NCBI GenBank assembly: GCA_963721455.1
Contig: CAVRJG010000050.1
Coordinates: 1-49,887 of the forward strand
Direction: 5' to 3'
Source of the DNA: an uncultured Methanosarcinaceae archaeon
Lineage (GTDB): Archaea > Halobacteriota > Methanosarcinia > Methanosarcinales > Methanosarcinaceae
Length of the DNA stretch: 49,887 nt
This document shows, piece by piece, positions 29,484 through 40,615 of the stretch. The position numbers and the translations under genes are program-made. Below the pieces are notes generated by a model. The model was given only the letters and a program-made list of their open reading frames with translations. It searched no databases and was not told the origin of the DNA. Position 1 is the first letter of the stretch. The number at the start of each line of letters is the position of its first letter.

Positions 29484-29983
29484 ACGAGCATCAGTTCCAG
29501 CGTTAGCGAAGGATCTGAAATCAAATTTTTGGCTCTGTAGAAATCCTCTGAAACATCGAATTTATAGCAAATTTGTAAAATTACCTGAAATTCCATTGTA
29601 AAAATGAAAATTTCAAGATTTTTGCCTATGCGTCTTTATACTAAACTGTTCCATAGTTTATAGGAATATACTTGTTTACTCCGATTACCGGCCGATCAAA
29701 CGCAAAAATCCTATGAGAAACACATAGGTTATCCTAAAAAAGTTATTTATAGACTTGATTTTATCAGCTTTGGTTTTGTAAATGATCTTATTGTTGTCTT
29801 GTCGTCGCATGCACACAGACACACGTCTAATTAATTATAAGAATGCAGCATAATTTTTCCAATTTTCGAGAAGGTAAGCATTTTATTGAGTGTTGGCGGT
29901 GTCGGAGCGAAGAGACACTCATGCCCGAGGAATCTGGCGATATTCAGCGACATGAATCTTCCTCAAAACGATATTTTATCCTA

Positions 29984-31196
29984 GTGTCGCGTCAATCCTC
30001 AAGTGTCTGATAAATACGTGATAATTTTATCCTTGCATCTTCTGTTGTGAATTGCCAATTAACCTTTGCATTTTTGTTGTTTCTGAACTTTTGCCAGGCT
30101 AATACTTCTTTCCTAACAGCCTCGCTGTTATCCATTCTCCTTTTTAAACATTGACCTGTAAGTACATTCAATTCAATCTCTGCCATATTCAACCAGCTTC
30201 CATGTTTTGGGGTGTACACAAACTCAAACCTATCCCACAATGCCTTTGCCTTCGCTGGTGGAAATACTTCATAGAGAGATCCTGGAATATGCGTGTTTAG
30301 ATTGTCCATTACCAGTGTAATTTTATCTGTGTTTTCCTGTTGAAGTGCAATTTCTTCCAGAAAACAAGCCCAATCTCGCTTGGTTTTTCTTTCAGTAATT
30401 TTCACAATTCGTTTTCCTGCCAATGGTTCACAGGCAAGAAATATATTGCACATTCCACAACGTTTGTATTCGTAATCATACCTGGCTGGTTTTCCAGGTG
30501 AACAGGGGACAGGAACCCTGGTTTCTGCAATCAGTTGTTTTGGGGATTCGTCCATACATATAACAGGATTTCGTGGATCAAATGGACGCTTATAAACATC
30601 CAGAACCATTTCCATATTTGCAACAAAGCTACTGTTTTGTTCCCGGGGAATTACCCATCCTTTCCTTTGCCAGGGTTTGATTTCGTTTTTTTTAAAGTAC
30701 GGCGAACTGTTTCATGAGAAATATTCTCGATATAGCCAAGCTCTACAACCTGATCCGCCAACAATCTCAAAGACCATCTTGCAAAACCTTCAGGGGGTTC
30801 ACTGCAACTAAGGGCAACTAAATGGGCTTCAAAATCACCATCAACTTTTTTAGCATAAATGCGATCTCTTTTTTCCCCGTTGAGAGCAACTTCAAGACCT
30901 TCTTCAACAAATCGTTTCTTAACGCGGTCAATTTTTCTCATACTTATGTTAAGGACACGTGAAATTTCTTCATTGGTTGAATGGTTAATATTCCATTCAC
31001 CTTTATCACAATTAAGTAAGATCAGAGCATTGAGAATTTTTTGTGAGTTATGCTTACCCTTTGAAGTAAGTTCATTAAGAGCTTCACGTTCATCTTCGGT
31101 AAGTGTCACGGTGTATCTATTCATAAGGAATCCCTGAGATTCTGTATGAATATTATACAATATAAAATTTACGACATTTTATTGTTGACTCGACAC
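29984..31196 (-). mobile_element. IS630-family insertion sequence
   Basis: IRs gtgtcgcgtcaa / ttgactcgacac flanked by TA; two-ORF transposase. Confidence 0.92.
29992..31124 (-). CDS. IS630 transposase, two ORFs joined by a -1 shift at an A8 run (30686-30693)
   Basis: HTH ORF ends ETVRRTLKK; -1 frame continues NEIKPW; DDE motifs CMDE, MDNLNTH, WLNMAEIE. Confidence 0.9.
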
Positions 31197-31200
31197 TAGT

Positions 31201-31322
31201 GTTCATGTCCACAGACCTTCTGCAGTAACACTCAATGAAACTCCCGAGGAATTCTATATTTTCACCGGACTATGTCAAAAAATTTAAATTAAATTTACTG
31301 CGGAAGGTCTGTGGACATGAAC
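31201..31322. mobile_element. MITE, 122 bp (copy 2)
   Basis: Same TIR and interior as 10621-10742; CTAG on both sides. Confidence 0.85.
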
Positions 31323-31407
31323 CCTAGTATTTTCACTTTTTTGTCAGAGCTTCATTAAGTACTCTAAATAATGCCTCTGCAACTGAAACAAAAGCTTTAA
31401 TAGTAGA

Positions 31408-31450
31408 TGAGTACTTATTCATAAGTACATATGAGCAGATGTTCATCTAT
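31408..31450. promoter_or_regulatory. Putative SmtB/CadC operator
   Basis: Two imperfect palindromes atgagtacttattcat and atgagcagatgttcat before the regulator gene. Confidence 0.6.
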
Positions 31451-31458
31451 AATTATGT

Positions 31459-31842
31459 TTGAAAATTATTCATATTGGAGAGTTAGCGTTGGCTGAACTA
31501 GATAGGTGTGAAATCAATTGTATACATGATGAGGCGGTAAAAGCAGTACAAAATGCTCTATTCAGCGAGGACATAGCTATTTCTTTGGCAGAACTATTCA
31601 AGGCCCTGGGAGACCCGACAAGAGTGAAGATCTTGTTTTCCTTAATGACCAGAGAACTTTGTGTTTGTGACCTTTCAGCTGTCATAGGGGTTTCTGACTC
31701 GGCAGTATCTCATCAGCTTAAAATCCTCAGGACTTTACGTCTTGTTAAATATCGGAGAGAAGGCAAGATTCTGTATTACTCACTGGCTGATGACCATATT
31801 GAGAAACTGTTTGCTCAAGGACTGGAGCATGTCACCGAATAA
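31459..31842 (+). CDS. ArsR/SmtB metal-sensing repressor (CadC/SmtB-like)
   Basis: FKALGDPTR, ELCVCD, SAVSHQL, DDHI..L..Q.LEH alpha-5 site; start may be TTG 31489. Confidence 0.9.
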   Translation: MKIIHIGELALAELDRCEINCIHDEAVKAVQNALFSEDIAISLAELFKALGDPTRVKILFSLMTRELCVCDLSAVIGVSDSAVSHQLKILRTLRLVKYRREGKILYYSLADDHIEKLFAQGLEHVTE

Positions 31843-31902
31843 AAGTCTAAAAGAATGAAGAATAAAATTATGCCCGAGGGGGAATAAAGAACGGAACCAA
31901 CA

Positions 31903-34254
31903 GTGTCATCGAAATTTCTCGTAACAGGCTTGGATTGTGCCGATTGCGCAGCCAAAGTAGAAAAAGCCGTTAAACGTATACCAGGAGTTACTAACGTTAC
32001 AATCATTTTCCCCGCCGGAAGACTTGATGTAGATTATGACCCTCAACAAACCGGTATTACCCAAGTGATAGACAAAGTTAAAAAGTTAGGTTATGAAGCG
32101 CGGGAAGACGACAAAAAAATGCTAGAAGTTTTAAACACTTCCCAAACTACTGACTTTTGCATTATAGGAATGGATTGTGCGGACTGTGCGGCTAAATTGG
32201 AAAAACTTGTTTCCAAGGTTCCAGGAGTTGAGATTGCACAAGTAAATTTCGGGGCTTCTAAACTGACGGTAACCCATAGTGGACAAGCGGCAGAAATCCT
32301 GTCAACAATTGAAAAAATGGGTTACTCAGGGAAAGTGGATGAGGATCATCAGATAAAGAATGAACCAACTGGTTTTTGGAGATCAAATCAGTATTTCAAG
32401 CCCACAGTCATTTCTTTCCTTATGTTGGTCTCTGGGTTTATTGCTGGGAGGCTGGAAACACCGGAGTTAATGGTCAACGGACTATTCCTTATCGGGATTT
32501 TTCTTGGTGGCTATCTACCAGCTAAGAACGGCATTTCCGTACTAATTAATGCCCGAGAATTTGACATGAATTTCCTGATGAGCATAGCAGTAATAGGCGC
32601 ATCAGCACTTGGTGAGTTTGAAGAGGCCGCAGCGGTTGTATTTCTGTTCTCTTTCGGAAACGCTCTGCAAGGTTATACCCTCGATAAAACCAGGAATTCC
32701 ATTCGAGCGTTAATGGAAATCACACCAAATGAGGCCTTGGTCAGGAAAGGAACGACTGAAGTAATGTTGCCAGTAGAAAAAATAGTAATTGGAGACATCA
32801 TTATCGTTCGTCCCGGTGAAAGAATTGCTATGGATGGCAAAGTCTTTACTGGTTACTCTACTGTGAATCAGGCCTCAATCACAGGAGAGTCTATCCCGGT
32901 AGAGAAACGGCCTGGTGATGAGATATATGCGGGAACGATCAACGAACGTGGTTCGCTTGAGATCAAAGTTACCAAACTAGCCAAGGATAATACAATATCC
33001 AGAATTATTCATATGGTAGAGGAAGCTCAGGGACAGAGGGCGCCATCTCAGCAATTTGTCGATAAGTTTGCGAAATATTATACTCCTCTTGTCATAGTTC
33101 TGGCTGTTCTGGTTGCTGCGGTGCCCCCATTGATTTTCGGACAACCTTTTGAGAAGTGGTTTTACGAGGCAATGGCTATGCTTTTGGTAGCGTGCCCTTG
33201 CGCACTGGTAATCTCCACACCTGTGTCTATCGTATCCGCAATCGGTAACGCAGCAAAAAACGGTGTACTCATTAAAGGGGGTATGTATCTGGAAGAAGCC
33301 GGGGCTTTGTCAGTAATTGCCTTTGACAAAACCGGTACCCTTACAGAGGGAAAACCACAGGTAACCGATATCATTCCTATTGATGGCATCCCAGATAAAG
33401 AATTTTTATCAATAGCATCAGCAATTGAAAGTCGGTCAGAACATCCTCTGGCTGATGCAATTGTCAAATCCGCTAAAGAACACGGAGCCGAAGTATCTGT
33501 TATATCTGCATTTGAGGCGATCCCCGGTAAAGGGGCCAGAGCAATGGTTCAGGGCAAGACTTATCAGATCGGCAATTCGAGGCTCTTTACCGAGCAGTCA
33601 ATAGATCTGAAACACGTGGAAGATAAAATTTCCCGTCTGCAGAACGAAGGGAAAACTGTAATGATGCTCGGAGACGATAAACGCATCTTGGGCCTCATTG
33701 CTGTGGCGGATGTATTGAGGGAAAATTCCGGACAGGCTATCAATAAGCTGAAAAAAGCCGGTATTAAAAAAGTCATTATGCTCACCGGAGATAATGAAAG
33801 CACAGCTCGTGCTATAGCCATAAAATCAGGGGTCGATGATTTCCGAGCAGACCTATTGCCTGAAGACAAAGTAAATGCGATTAAGAGCCTTCTTGCTGAG
33901 CATGGTAAAGTAGCTATGGTGGGAGATGGCGTCAATGATGCCCCTGCTATGGCAATATCCACGGTCGGTATTGCAATGGGAGCTGCAGGAACTGATACAG
34001 CACTTGAAACTGCGGATATTGCATTGATGGCTGATGACCTTACAAAACTGACCGACACGATCATACTGAGCAGGAAAACCCTAGGCATTATCAAACAAAA
34101 CATCGCTTTTGCCTTGATAGTTAAAGGATTAATTCTTCTGCTAGTCATTCCAGGATGGCTGACTCTGTGGCTGGCTGTAATAGGAGATATGGGCAGCTCA
34201 CTTCTTGTTACTCTGAATGCAATGAGATTATTGAGAATAAAACACGAAGATTAA
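31903..34254 (+). CDS. cadA: Cd/Zn/Pb-translocating P1B-type ATPase with two HMA domains
   Basis: 2x DCADC, TGES, CPCALVIS, DKTGT, EHP, GDGVND, K and D in last helices typical of P1B-2. Confidence 0.93.
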   Translation: MSSKFLVTGLDCADCAAKVEKAVKRIPGVTNVTIIFPAGRLDVDYDPQQTGITQVIDKVKKLGYEAREDDKKMLEVLNTSQTTDFCIIGMDCADCAAKLEKLVSKVPGVEIAQVNFGASKLTVTHSGQAAEILSTIEKMGYSGKVDEDHQIKNEPTGFWRSNQYFKPTVISFLMLVSGFIAGRLETPELMVNGLFLIGIFLGGYLPAKNGISVLINAREFDMNFLMSIAVIGASALGEFEEAAAVVFLFSFGNALQGYTLDKTRNSIRALMEITPNEALVRKGTTEVMLPVEKIVIGDIIIVRPGERIAMDGKVFTGYSTVNQASITGESIPVEKRPGDEIYAGTINERGSLEIKVTKLAKDNTISRIIHMVEEAQGQRAPSQQFVDKFAKYYTPLVIVLAVLVAAVPPLIFGQPFEKWFYEAMAMLLVACPCALVISTPVSIVSAIGNAAKNGVLIKGGMYLEEAGALSVIAFDKTGTLTEGKPQVTDIIPIDGIPDKEFLSIASAIESRSEHPLADAIVKSAKEHGAEVSVISAFEAIPGKGARAMVQGKTYQIGNSRLFTEQSIDLKHVEDKISRLQNEGKTVMMLGDDKRILGLIAVADVLRENSGQAINKLKKAGIKKVIMLTGDNESTARAIAIKSGVDDFRADLLPEDKVNAIKSLLAEHGKVAMVGDGVNDAPAMAISTVGIAMGAAGTDTALETADIALMADDLTKLTDTIILSRKTLGIIKQNIAFALIVKGLILLLVIPGWLTLWLAVIGDMGSSLLVTLNAMRLLRIKHED

Positions 34255-34306
34255 ACCTGAATCTACGAACTTAAGGAATAAAAGGAATAAAAAAGGAGTA
34301 AGAAAT

Positions 34307-34507
34307 ATGGAGACTTTAAAAGTTTTAGGTGTGGACTGCAATAACTGTGCAGCGAATGTACGTAAAGCCCTGGAAGGCATTAATGGCATCGAAAAGCTTG
34401 ACATAAGGCTTTCAGATAAAATAGCGGTGGTAACCTTTAATCCTGACAAAGTTAGCAAGCAGGAAATTACTGAAAAAGTGGAAGATTTCGGCTACGATGT
34501 CGAATAA
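34307..34507 (+). CDS. Heavy-metal-associated (CopZ-like) chaperone
   Basis: GVDCNNC, C-terminal GY; aggag RBS. Confidence 0.88.
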   Translation: METLKVLGVDCNNCAANVRKALEGINGIEKLDIRLSDKIAVVTFNPDKVSKQEITEKVEDFGYDVE

Positions 34508-34692
34508 TATTACAAGAACTTACTAGAAATCCATTTTATCCTTGGGCCGACTGTAAAAATCAAAATTAGACTCTTTGAAGCTTATTTTTGAGTGGATAAG
34601 GAACTTTTGATTATTAAAATAGTCCTAAAAAGAGAGTTGAAATGTAAATATGAATTTGGTTTTTTAAGAAATATCTTGCTGAATAAAGAATC

Positions 34693-35187
34693 TTAATATT
34701 CTCTGAACTTTATGATTTTTGCAGGAGTCCCTACAACAATTGCGTTTTCAGGAATGTCTTTCGTAACTACAGAGCCAGCTCCTACTACTGCACCGTTGCC
34801 AATACAAACTCCTTTTAAGACAGTTGAGCTTGCTCCAATCCATACGTCATTTCCTATTGTGATGGGCATTCTAATATCGGGCTGTTTTCGGATGAGTTCT
34901 CCTCTCCGAATTTCTTTGTCTTTTCCCCATATTACTGTTTTAGGGCCAATCAGAACATCGTTTCCAATCGTGATTTCTCCCAAAATATGGCAACCTGCGT
35001 TCATGTAAAAGTTATTTCCTATTATGATTTCTGGATATCCTATTATCCTACAGTAAGGCTCTATTCTAGCTCTTCCGATGAAATTAACTCCTGAAAATAT
35101 GCAGTTATTTTCGATCACAACACCCTTTCTTCTCAATAAAAGCTTCTTTATGAATAATCTTACTTTTTTCTGTAGACTTTTTGGCAT
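34693..35187 (-). CDS. Hexapeptide-repeat sugar O-acetyltransferase
   Basis: ITIGNDVWIG, IGNGAVVGAGSVVTKD, GTPAK. Confidence 0.88.
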   Translation of the reverse strand: MPKSLQKKVRLFIKKLLLRRKGVVIENNCIFSGVNFIGRARIEPYCRIIGYPEIIIGNNFYMNAGCHILGEITIGNDVLIGPKTVIWGKDKEIRRGELIRKQPDIRMPITIGNDVWIGASSTVLKGVCIGNGAVVGAGSVVTKDIPENAIVVGTPAKIIKFREY

Positions 35188-35410
35188 ACTTTATTTACAC
35201 CTCTAATTCTTTATGCAATATTAATACAAAGGCACAGTGACTTTTTTTCGTAGAAAGTACCTCTTTTTTTCAGTCAAGAATTTTAGAGATAAAAGTGATT
35301 AACGCCGTTAACTTTAAAGATATTTTGATATTTTATTCACAGTGTTAACTTTGAACTTTTATTTACCACCGATGTCATCATCGTAAGCGAATTGTGTAAG
35401 TTCTACAGAA

Positions 35411-36877
35411 TTAGCCATATCTTCCTATATTTGTCTGGTTACCATTTTTACCAGAATCTTTTGAAGAAGCTGAGGGAGGATATCCTGCAGCAGTGCAAGG
35501 AGAATTTGATTTCAGGTGGTAATCGTGTTTACTCTGGTTTACAAAGAGAGGATCTGCATATATGTCAGCAGTTGAGTTTGCATTTTTATAATTACCACCT
35601 GTATTATTATATAGACAGTTGTTTTCCAGCACAAAGGTATGTGTTTTAGGAAGATAATTAATCACAGCATATCCTGTGTCATCAGGATCCTTTGTACGCT
35701 TCTGGATATCAACGATTATGTTATTACGGACAATTGTTTTGTACCCTGTCCCTTGAGGTGAAAGATCAACTGAGTGATCTACGTCTGCGGAGGAAGGATA
35801 CATGTTAATAATGGCTCCATGATATACGCCGTCAAATACATTATTTTCAATGAGAGTGTCGTAAAACCCGCTGGTCACGATCCCTCCTACCCAGTCAATA
35901 CTGGGATTCGTACCAGTGTCGTAGAAGGTATTTTGGTAAATGTGAACATTCTTAGCCTCTCCCTTTGGATAAGAGTCCCCATAACCTATCAGCCACAGCC
36001 CAGGCCCATACGTATTATTGATAGTATTATTGTATACCTCGACGTCGTTAACGACACCTGTTGTTTTCTCAATCAGAATTGCAGAGCCGCCTGCACTCCA
36101 GTGGTAAAAGGAATCGATTACATTATCATGGAATTTTACGTGATTTGAATTCATTACTCTAAGCCCGCCATTAGTTCTGCAGTTTATTCTGTTATTCCAG
36201 GCCTCTACATTCTGACTATCGATGGCAAAAAGACCATCATGTCCTAATTTATACACTTTGTTATTGTAAAATTTGATATTGGAGCTTCTCTCTACTTTTA
36301 GCCCATCTCCATGTCCGTCATGCATATACATGCCATGAATGTCTATATTCTTGGAATCAAGGAAATGGATCAGATTGTAGTATCCTTGCCCTCTCTTTTT
36401 ATCTTCATTCCTGTCATGATTCCCATCAATTTGAAATCCTTTTACAGTGACTCTATTGACTCCATCACTGTCCATCTGTGTTATCAGGGGTTTGCCCACT
36501 GGCCAGTCTGCATTATCTTCAAGTTTAACTATAGCTGTACGGTCTCCCTGAAGGACTGTATTACTCCCGATTAAAATACTGTCGGAGATAACGTATGTAG
36601 TATTACCTTTCAAATGAACAGTTGAAAACTCTGGATTTTCTGCAACATATGCAAGAGCCTGATTTATCTCCACCTGATCATCAATCCCGTCACAGGTAAA
36701 GTTTCCACTTCCATCGGCAGCTACATACACAGTCTCATTTGACGGTGTAAGAGTAGACCTAGGCTGTATGGTATGAAAAATGAATATTCCCATTGCAATC
36801 AAGAAAATGAGAATTACAATGGAAACTCCTATTTTTTTCCTGTTTTGATGTATGTATCTCAGATGTTTTCCGTTCAT
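35411..36877 (-). CDS. Membrane-anchored right-handed beta-helix protein (disaggregatase-related)
   Basis: N-terminal TM; CDGIDDQVEINQAL; PbH1-like Asn repeats; ADPLF..DYHL. Confidence 0.8.
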   Translation of the reverse strand: MNGKHLRYIHQNRKKIGVSIVILIFLIAMGIFIFHTIQPRSTLTPSNETVYVAADGSGNFTCDGIDDQVEINQALAYVAENPEFSTVHLKGNTTYVISDSILIGSNTVLQGDRTAIVKLEDNADWPVGKPLITQMDSDGVNRVTVKGFQIDGNHDRNEDKKRGQGYYNLIHFLDSKNIDIHGMYMHDGHGDGLKVERSSNIKFYNNKVYKLGHDGLFAIDSQNVEAWNNRINCRTNGGLRVMNSNHVKFHDNVIDSFYHWSAGGSAILIEKTTGVVNDVEVYNNTINNTYGPGLWLIGYGDSYPKGEAKNVHIYQNTFYDTGTNPSIDWVGGIVTSGFYDTLIENNVFDGVYHGAIINMYPSSADVDHSVDLSPQGTGYKTIVRNNIIVDIQKRTKDPDDTGYAVINYLPKTHTFVLENNCLYNNTGGNYKNANSTADIYADPLFVNQSKHDYHLKSNSPCTAAGYPPSASSKDSGKNGNQTNIGRYG

Positions 36878-37478
36878 TTTTATCCCTTATTTTTAATTAT
36901 AAACTTTCAATGTTGAAAAAATCAGGGAGCAGGTTATTGATAAACGTGAAGAAATGATCAGTCTTTCGTGTTTTGAGAATGTAGAGGAATTATTATACTC
37001 ACGATTTTCAGTAATATCTCGACAACCAATTAATTGCTACCTTCAATATTATGCATAACAAAACTCCAAGCTTACAACGAAAATGTATACTTCTTTCAAA
37101 CATCAGAATACTGTTTTTAGATGTGAGTAGGTTTTCTATTCATACTCCTATGGGATACTTTATCAACAGCCAGAATATAAGGTTTAATTAACTTTTGTCA
37201 GCTTTTATTGCCATGGTCATAAAACCTTTAAAAGTTATAATTCACATATGTGATGGTTTTTTGACATATGAATAACACTATATTTATAATAAACTAATCT
37301 AATTTATATTGCAAGTATATTTTTTGTAGAATTTACATACATGAGGCTAATAAAGCATATATGGCCTGTCATAAATACTCAATTTAGACATTTGAAGTTT
37401 TATGCAGCAGGCTACTCAATTGAACTGAGTAGTTGTTTTTCATTCTAATTGAAATAAATAAATTATTCCCATCCTAGA

Positions 37479-37550
37479 GTTATTCTTGCAAAAAATCGTA
37501 CTTAAAATTGAAAGGACATATCCAATACTGTCTAAATCATTATATTTTAG
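37479..37550 (+). repeat. Diverged 72-bp direct repeat, copy upstream of the CDF gene
   Basis: Aligns without gaps to 38753-38824. Confidence 0.7.
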
Positions 37551-37802
37551 GCATCCTTTTGAAAATTAATAAAAACGTTTATGATATTACTTTTCATTGT
37601 GAGCTATATATTTTCTGAGAAATTTGGAGGAACTATCTTGAATACTCAACCCAGAAGTTCCATGCAATACATTTCAACATCCATTAATTCCCTAATAAAT
37701 GTTTTAAGATGATCACGACAATCTTAGATTTATGGAGATTTGGAGTTCTCAGTTTAGTGAAACACAGAAAATTTAATAATGATACGAATTAATGAACTGG
37801 TT

Positions 37803-38678
37803 ATGGGTGATAGGGAAAAAAATGTGTTATTTGCTGCATCTTTGAATATACTTTTCACAATTATAGAACTGATTGGAGGACTCTTAACAAATAGTTTAGC
37901 ACTGTTGGCTGATTCATTGCATGATTTTGGTGACAGCATTGCATTATTAGTAGCTTGGTTCGCAGAAAAGAAAGCAAAGAAACCTGCAACCAGTAAAATG
38001 ACTTTTGGATATCGAAGGTTATCTCTTTTTTCTGCACTATTTGTTGCTGTTGTGCTTATAACTGGGTCATTGTTTATTCTATCCAAAGCAATTCCGCGTC
38101 TGATTAATCCGGAACACGTAAACGCCGAAGGAATGATTTTAATTGCAATCATTGGAGTTACTATAAATGGACTCGGATTTTTAAGATTGAAGAAAGGGAT
38201 GAGCCAGAATGAAAAAATATTATCGTGGCATCTTCTAGAAGACATTCTGGGGTGGTTAGTCTTGCTCATTGGAGCAATAATCATCAGGTTCTGGGACAAT
38301 CATATTATTGATCCTATAATGACAATAGGATTTACGGTTTTTATATTATGGGGAGTTTCTAAAAATGCAAAGGAAATATTTAATCTCCTTCTAGAAGGTG
38401 TTCCAGGGCATATTGACATTGATAAGGTCAATGAATCTGTTTTATCGGTAAAAGGAGTGAAAAAAATTCATGATATTCATGTATGGTCCCTGGAAGGAGA
38501 AACAGATATTTTAACAGCTCATATTGTTGTGGAAGACACATATCTACAGGAACCAGATAAAATAAGGCAATCTATTAAAAGTAAATTGGAAAAACATCAT
38601 ATAGAACATTCAACGCTCGAATTGGAAAGTGAAGGATTTTGTTCTGGAACAGAATGTATTTTTGAATTGAATAAATAA
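37803..38678 (+). CDS. czcD: Cation diffusion facilitator (CzcD/ZitB-like)
   Basis: SLALLADSLHD, TFGYRR, HLLED, HDIHVW, HSTLE. Confidence 0.9.
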   Translation: MGDREKNVLFAASLNILFTIIELIGGLLTNSLALLADSLHDFGDSIALLVAWFAEKKAKKPATSKMTFGYRRLSLFSALFVAVVLITGSLFILSKAIPRLINPEHVNAEGMILIAIIGVTINGLGFLRLKKGMSQNEKILSWHLLEDILGWLVLLIGAIIIRFWDNHIIDPIMTIGFTVFILWGVSKNAKEIFNLLLEGVPGHIDIDKVNESVLSVKGVKKIHDIHVWSLEGETDILTAHIVVEDTYLQEPDKIRQSIKSKLEKHHIEHSTLELESEGFCSGTECIFELNK

Positions 38679-38752
38679 TTCACAGTGAAAGATGATAGAG
38701 AACAATCTTTCCTTTTGATAAGCGGAAGCCCGGAGAGACTCCATTATTTGTA

Positions 38753-38824
38753 GTTATTCTTGCATAGAATTACACTTAAAATTGAAAAGGCCCATTCAAC
38801 ATAGTCTAAACCATTATATTTTAG
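38753..38824 (+). repeat. Diverged 72-bp direct repeat, copy downstream of the CDF gene
   Basis: Aligns to 37479-37550. Confidence 0.7.
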
Positions 38825-38877
38825 ATTCTTGTTAGAAAATAAGTGTAAATATTTACAACATATACTATAATTGAGCT

Positions 38878-39120
38878 AAGAGCGTGTCTTAAAATTAAAT
38901 TTGATTCTACAAATGAGATTGGACTTAAACATTTGAACTGAAAAAAGGTAGCATTAAACGTTTAAATGCTTAAAATGTAAATTTTAACCATAATGTCTAA
39001 TGTGTTTGGTTTTATACATCAAGCGAGCAAGTCAATGTAATGGATTTACAGTGCAAATTTGAAATCAACAATACCTACTATCCAAATGTAGAACTGATTT
39101 GAATTTTAAGACAGCCTCTT
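38878..39120. mobile_element. MITE with TIR aagag..tgtcttaaaatt containing a degenerate IS701-type MITE
   Basis: Ends agagcgtgtcttaaaatt / aattttaagacagcctct; same left ~65 bp recurs at ~46344-46411. Confidence 0.65.
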
Positions 39121-39607
39121 ACATTTTTCATCGAATTCATTTGAATCAATATCCTCATACAAATTTCGTAAGTATATTCATTCACTTGAACTAACTCAAA
39201 TGTTAGACCACAGTATGTTTAGAGTACTTTTGCCTTAAAAAATAGGTTTAAATATTAATATTATAGTATATTATCAGTTCACAATTGTGAATAGGAGAGT
39301 TTGAATTTTAAGACAACCTCTAAGAACCTATCCGAAAAGTCAATAATATCATGTGTAGAAGTTATATATCGAGTATCAGTTTCGTTATGCATGTTGCCAA
39401 TTATAAAATATATATCTTCGAACCCCTTTAATATAAAAGTATGAGGATTTTGAATTCATTAGAATTATAGAAATATAGTATCATGTAGAGAATTTCATAT
39501 GTCACTTCCAAGAAACTTTATTTGCTCGATATTTCTTCCATTTCTCAAAGATAATGAAAACAAAATATAGAATTAGCTCCTACCCCGGACAAAAAGGTGC
39601 GTAAAAA

Positions 39608-40475
39608 ATGATAGAGAATGTACTCTGGCTCGCAGTAGGGTTAATGGTTATCTCATCCCTAATCCCTAAAACTCTCAAGGTTCGCAAACTTATAGGAGGG
39701 ATAGGATGGAGTGTATTTTCCATCCACTGGAGTTACCAGCCTCTCCATTATCTCAAGGTTCTGGACTATGCGAACGTGTTCCTGTCAATAATAGTCGCAC
39801 TATTTTGTTTACTTGTGGCATATATTATGTTTCGTGAGTACAGGGAAGGCCTCTCTCCACATAAACAATAGAAAAGTCTTGCGTTCTAAATTTTCAGAGC
39901 AAAATGGGAGTGCTTCTATTGATACAACTTCAATGCTCACAAGTGCCAGTGCCCTTGGAGCTTTAGTTTATTTCCCATTTGCAAATTTCTCTTCTCTCAA
40001 TACCTGGATTATTGGAGAAGTTACATCACAGGTGTTTTGGGTTCTCCAGTATTTTAATATTCCTGCGTACCTGAAAGCCTGGAATGAGATAGCGCTTAAT
40101 GGGTATACAGTGGAGATAATTCTTGCCTGTACAGCTATTGAAAGTATCGCTCTCTTTATTGGCCTCATATGCGCGGTCAGAGCTCCCTTTAATCGCCTAA
40201 TTAGAGCTCTCATCGTATCCATACCCGTAATTTATTTACTTAATCTTATCAGAGTTATCTTTGTTATAGTGGCTTATGGAGAGCAATGGTTTGGTGCTGA
40301 CAGTTTTGTAATTGCGCATAATTATATCGTAAAAGCGGGATCAGGAATTGCCCTCTTCATAATCTCATATGCAGTGCTCCGAATTTTGCCAGAACTACTG
40401 GAAATGATTGATGGTCTTTGGATTATACTTTCCAAAGAAGTGAGATCCATTTTGCATATATCTGGGAGGGATTGA
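39608..40475 (+). pseudogene. artA: Archaeosortase A-like protein, frameshifted near 39850-39870
   Basis: VEIILACTAIES (catalytic Cys), NLIR, AHN; N- and C-halves in different frames. Confidence 0.85.
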
Positions 40476-40615
40476 GGTCGATGTTTGCAAAAGGCCCAGA
40501 ACCCTGGCTTTTTACAGCTGCGTCTGTAACTACACTGCTTACAATTCTTTCAAGTGCAATCAAAGTTGTGCTGGCGCACCCCTCAGAAAGCTGCGGAGTA
40601 CTCGAATAAAATATA

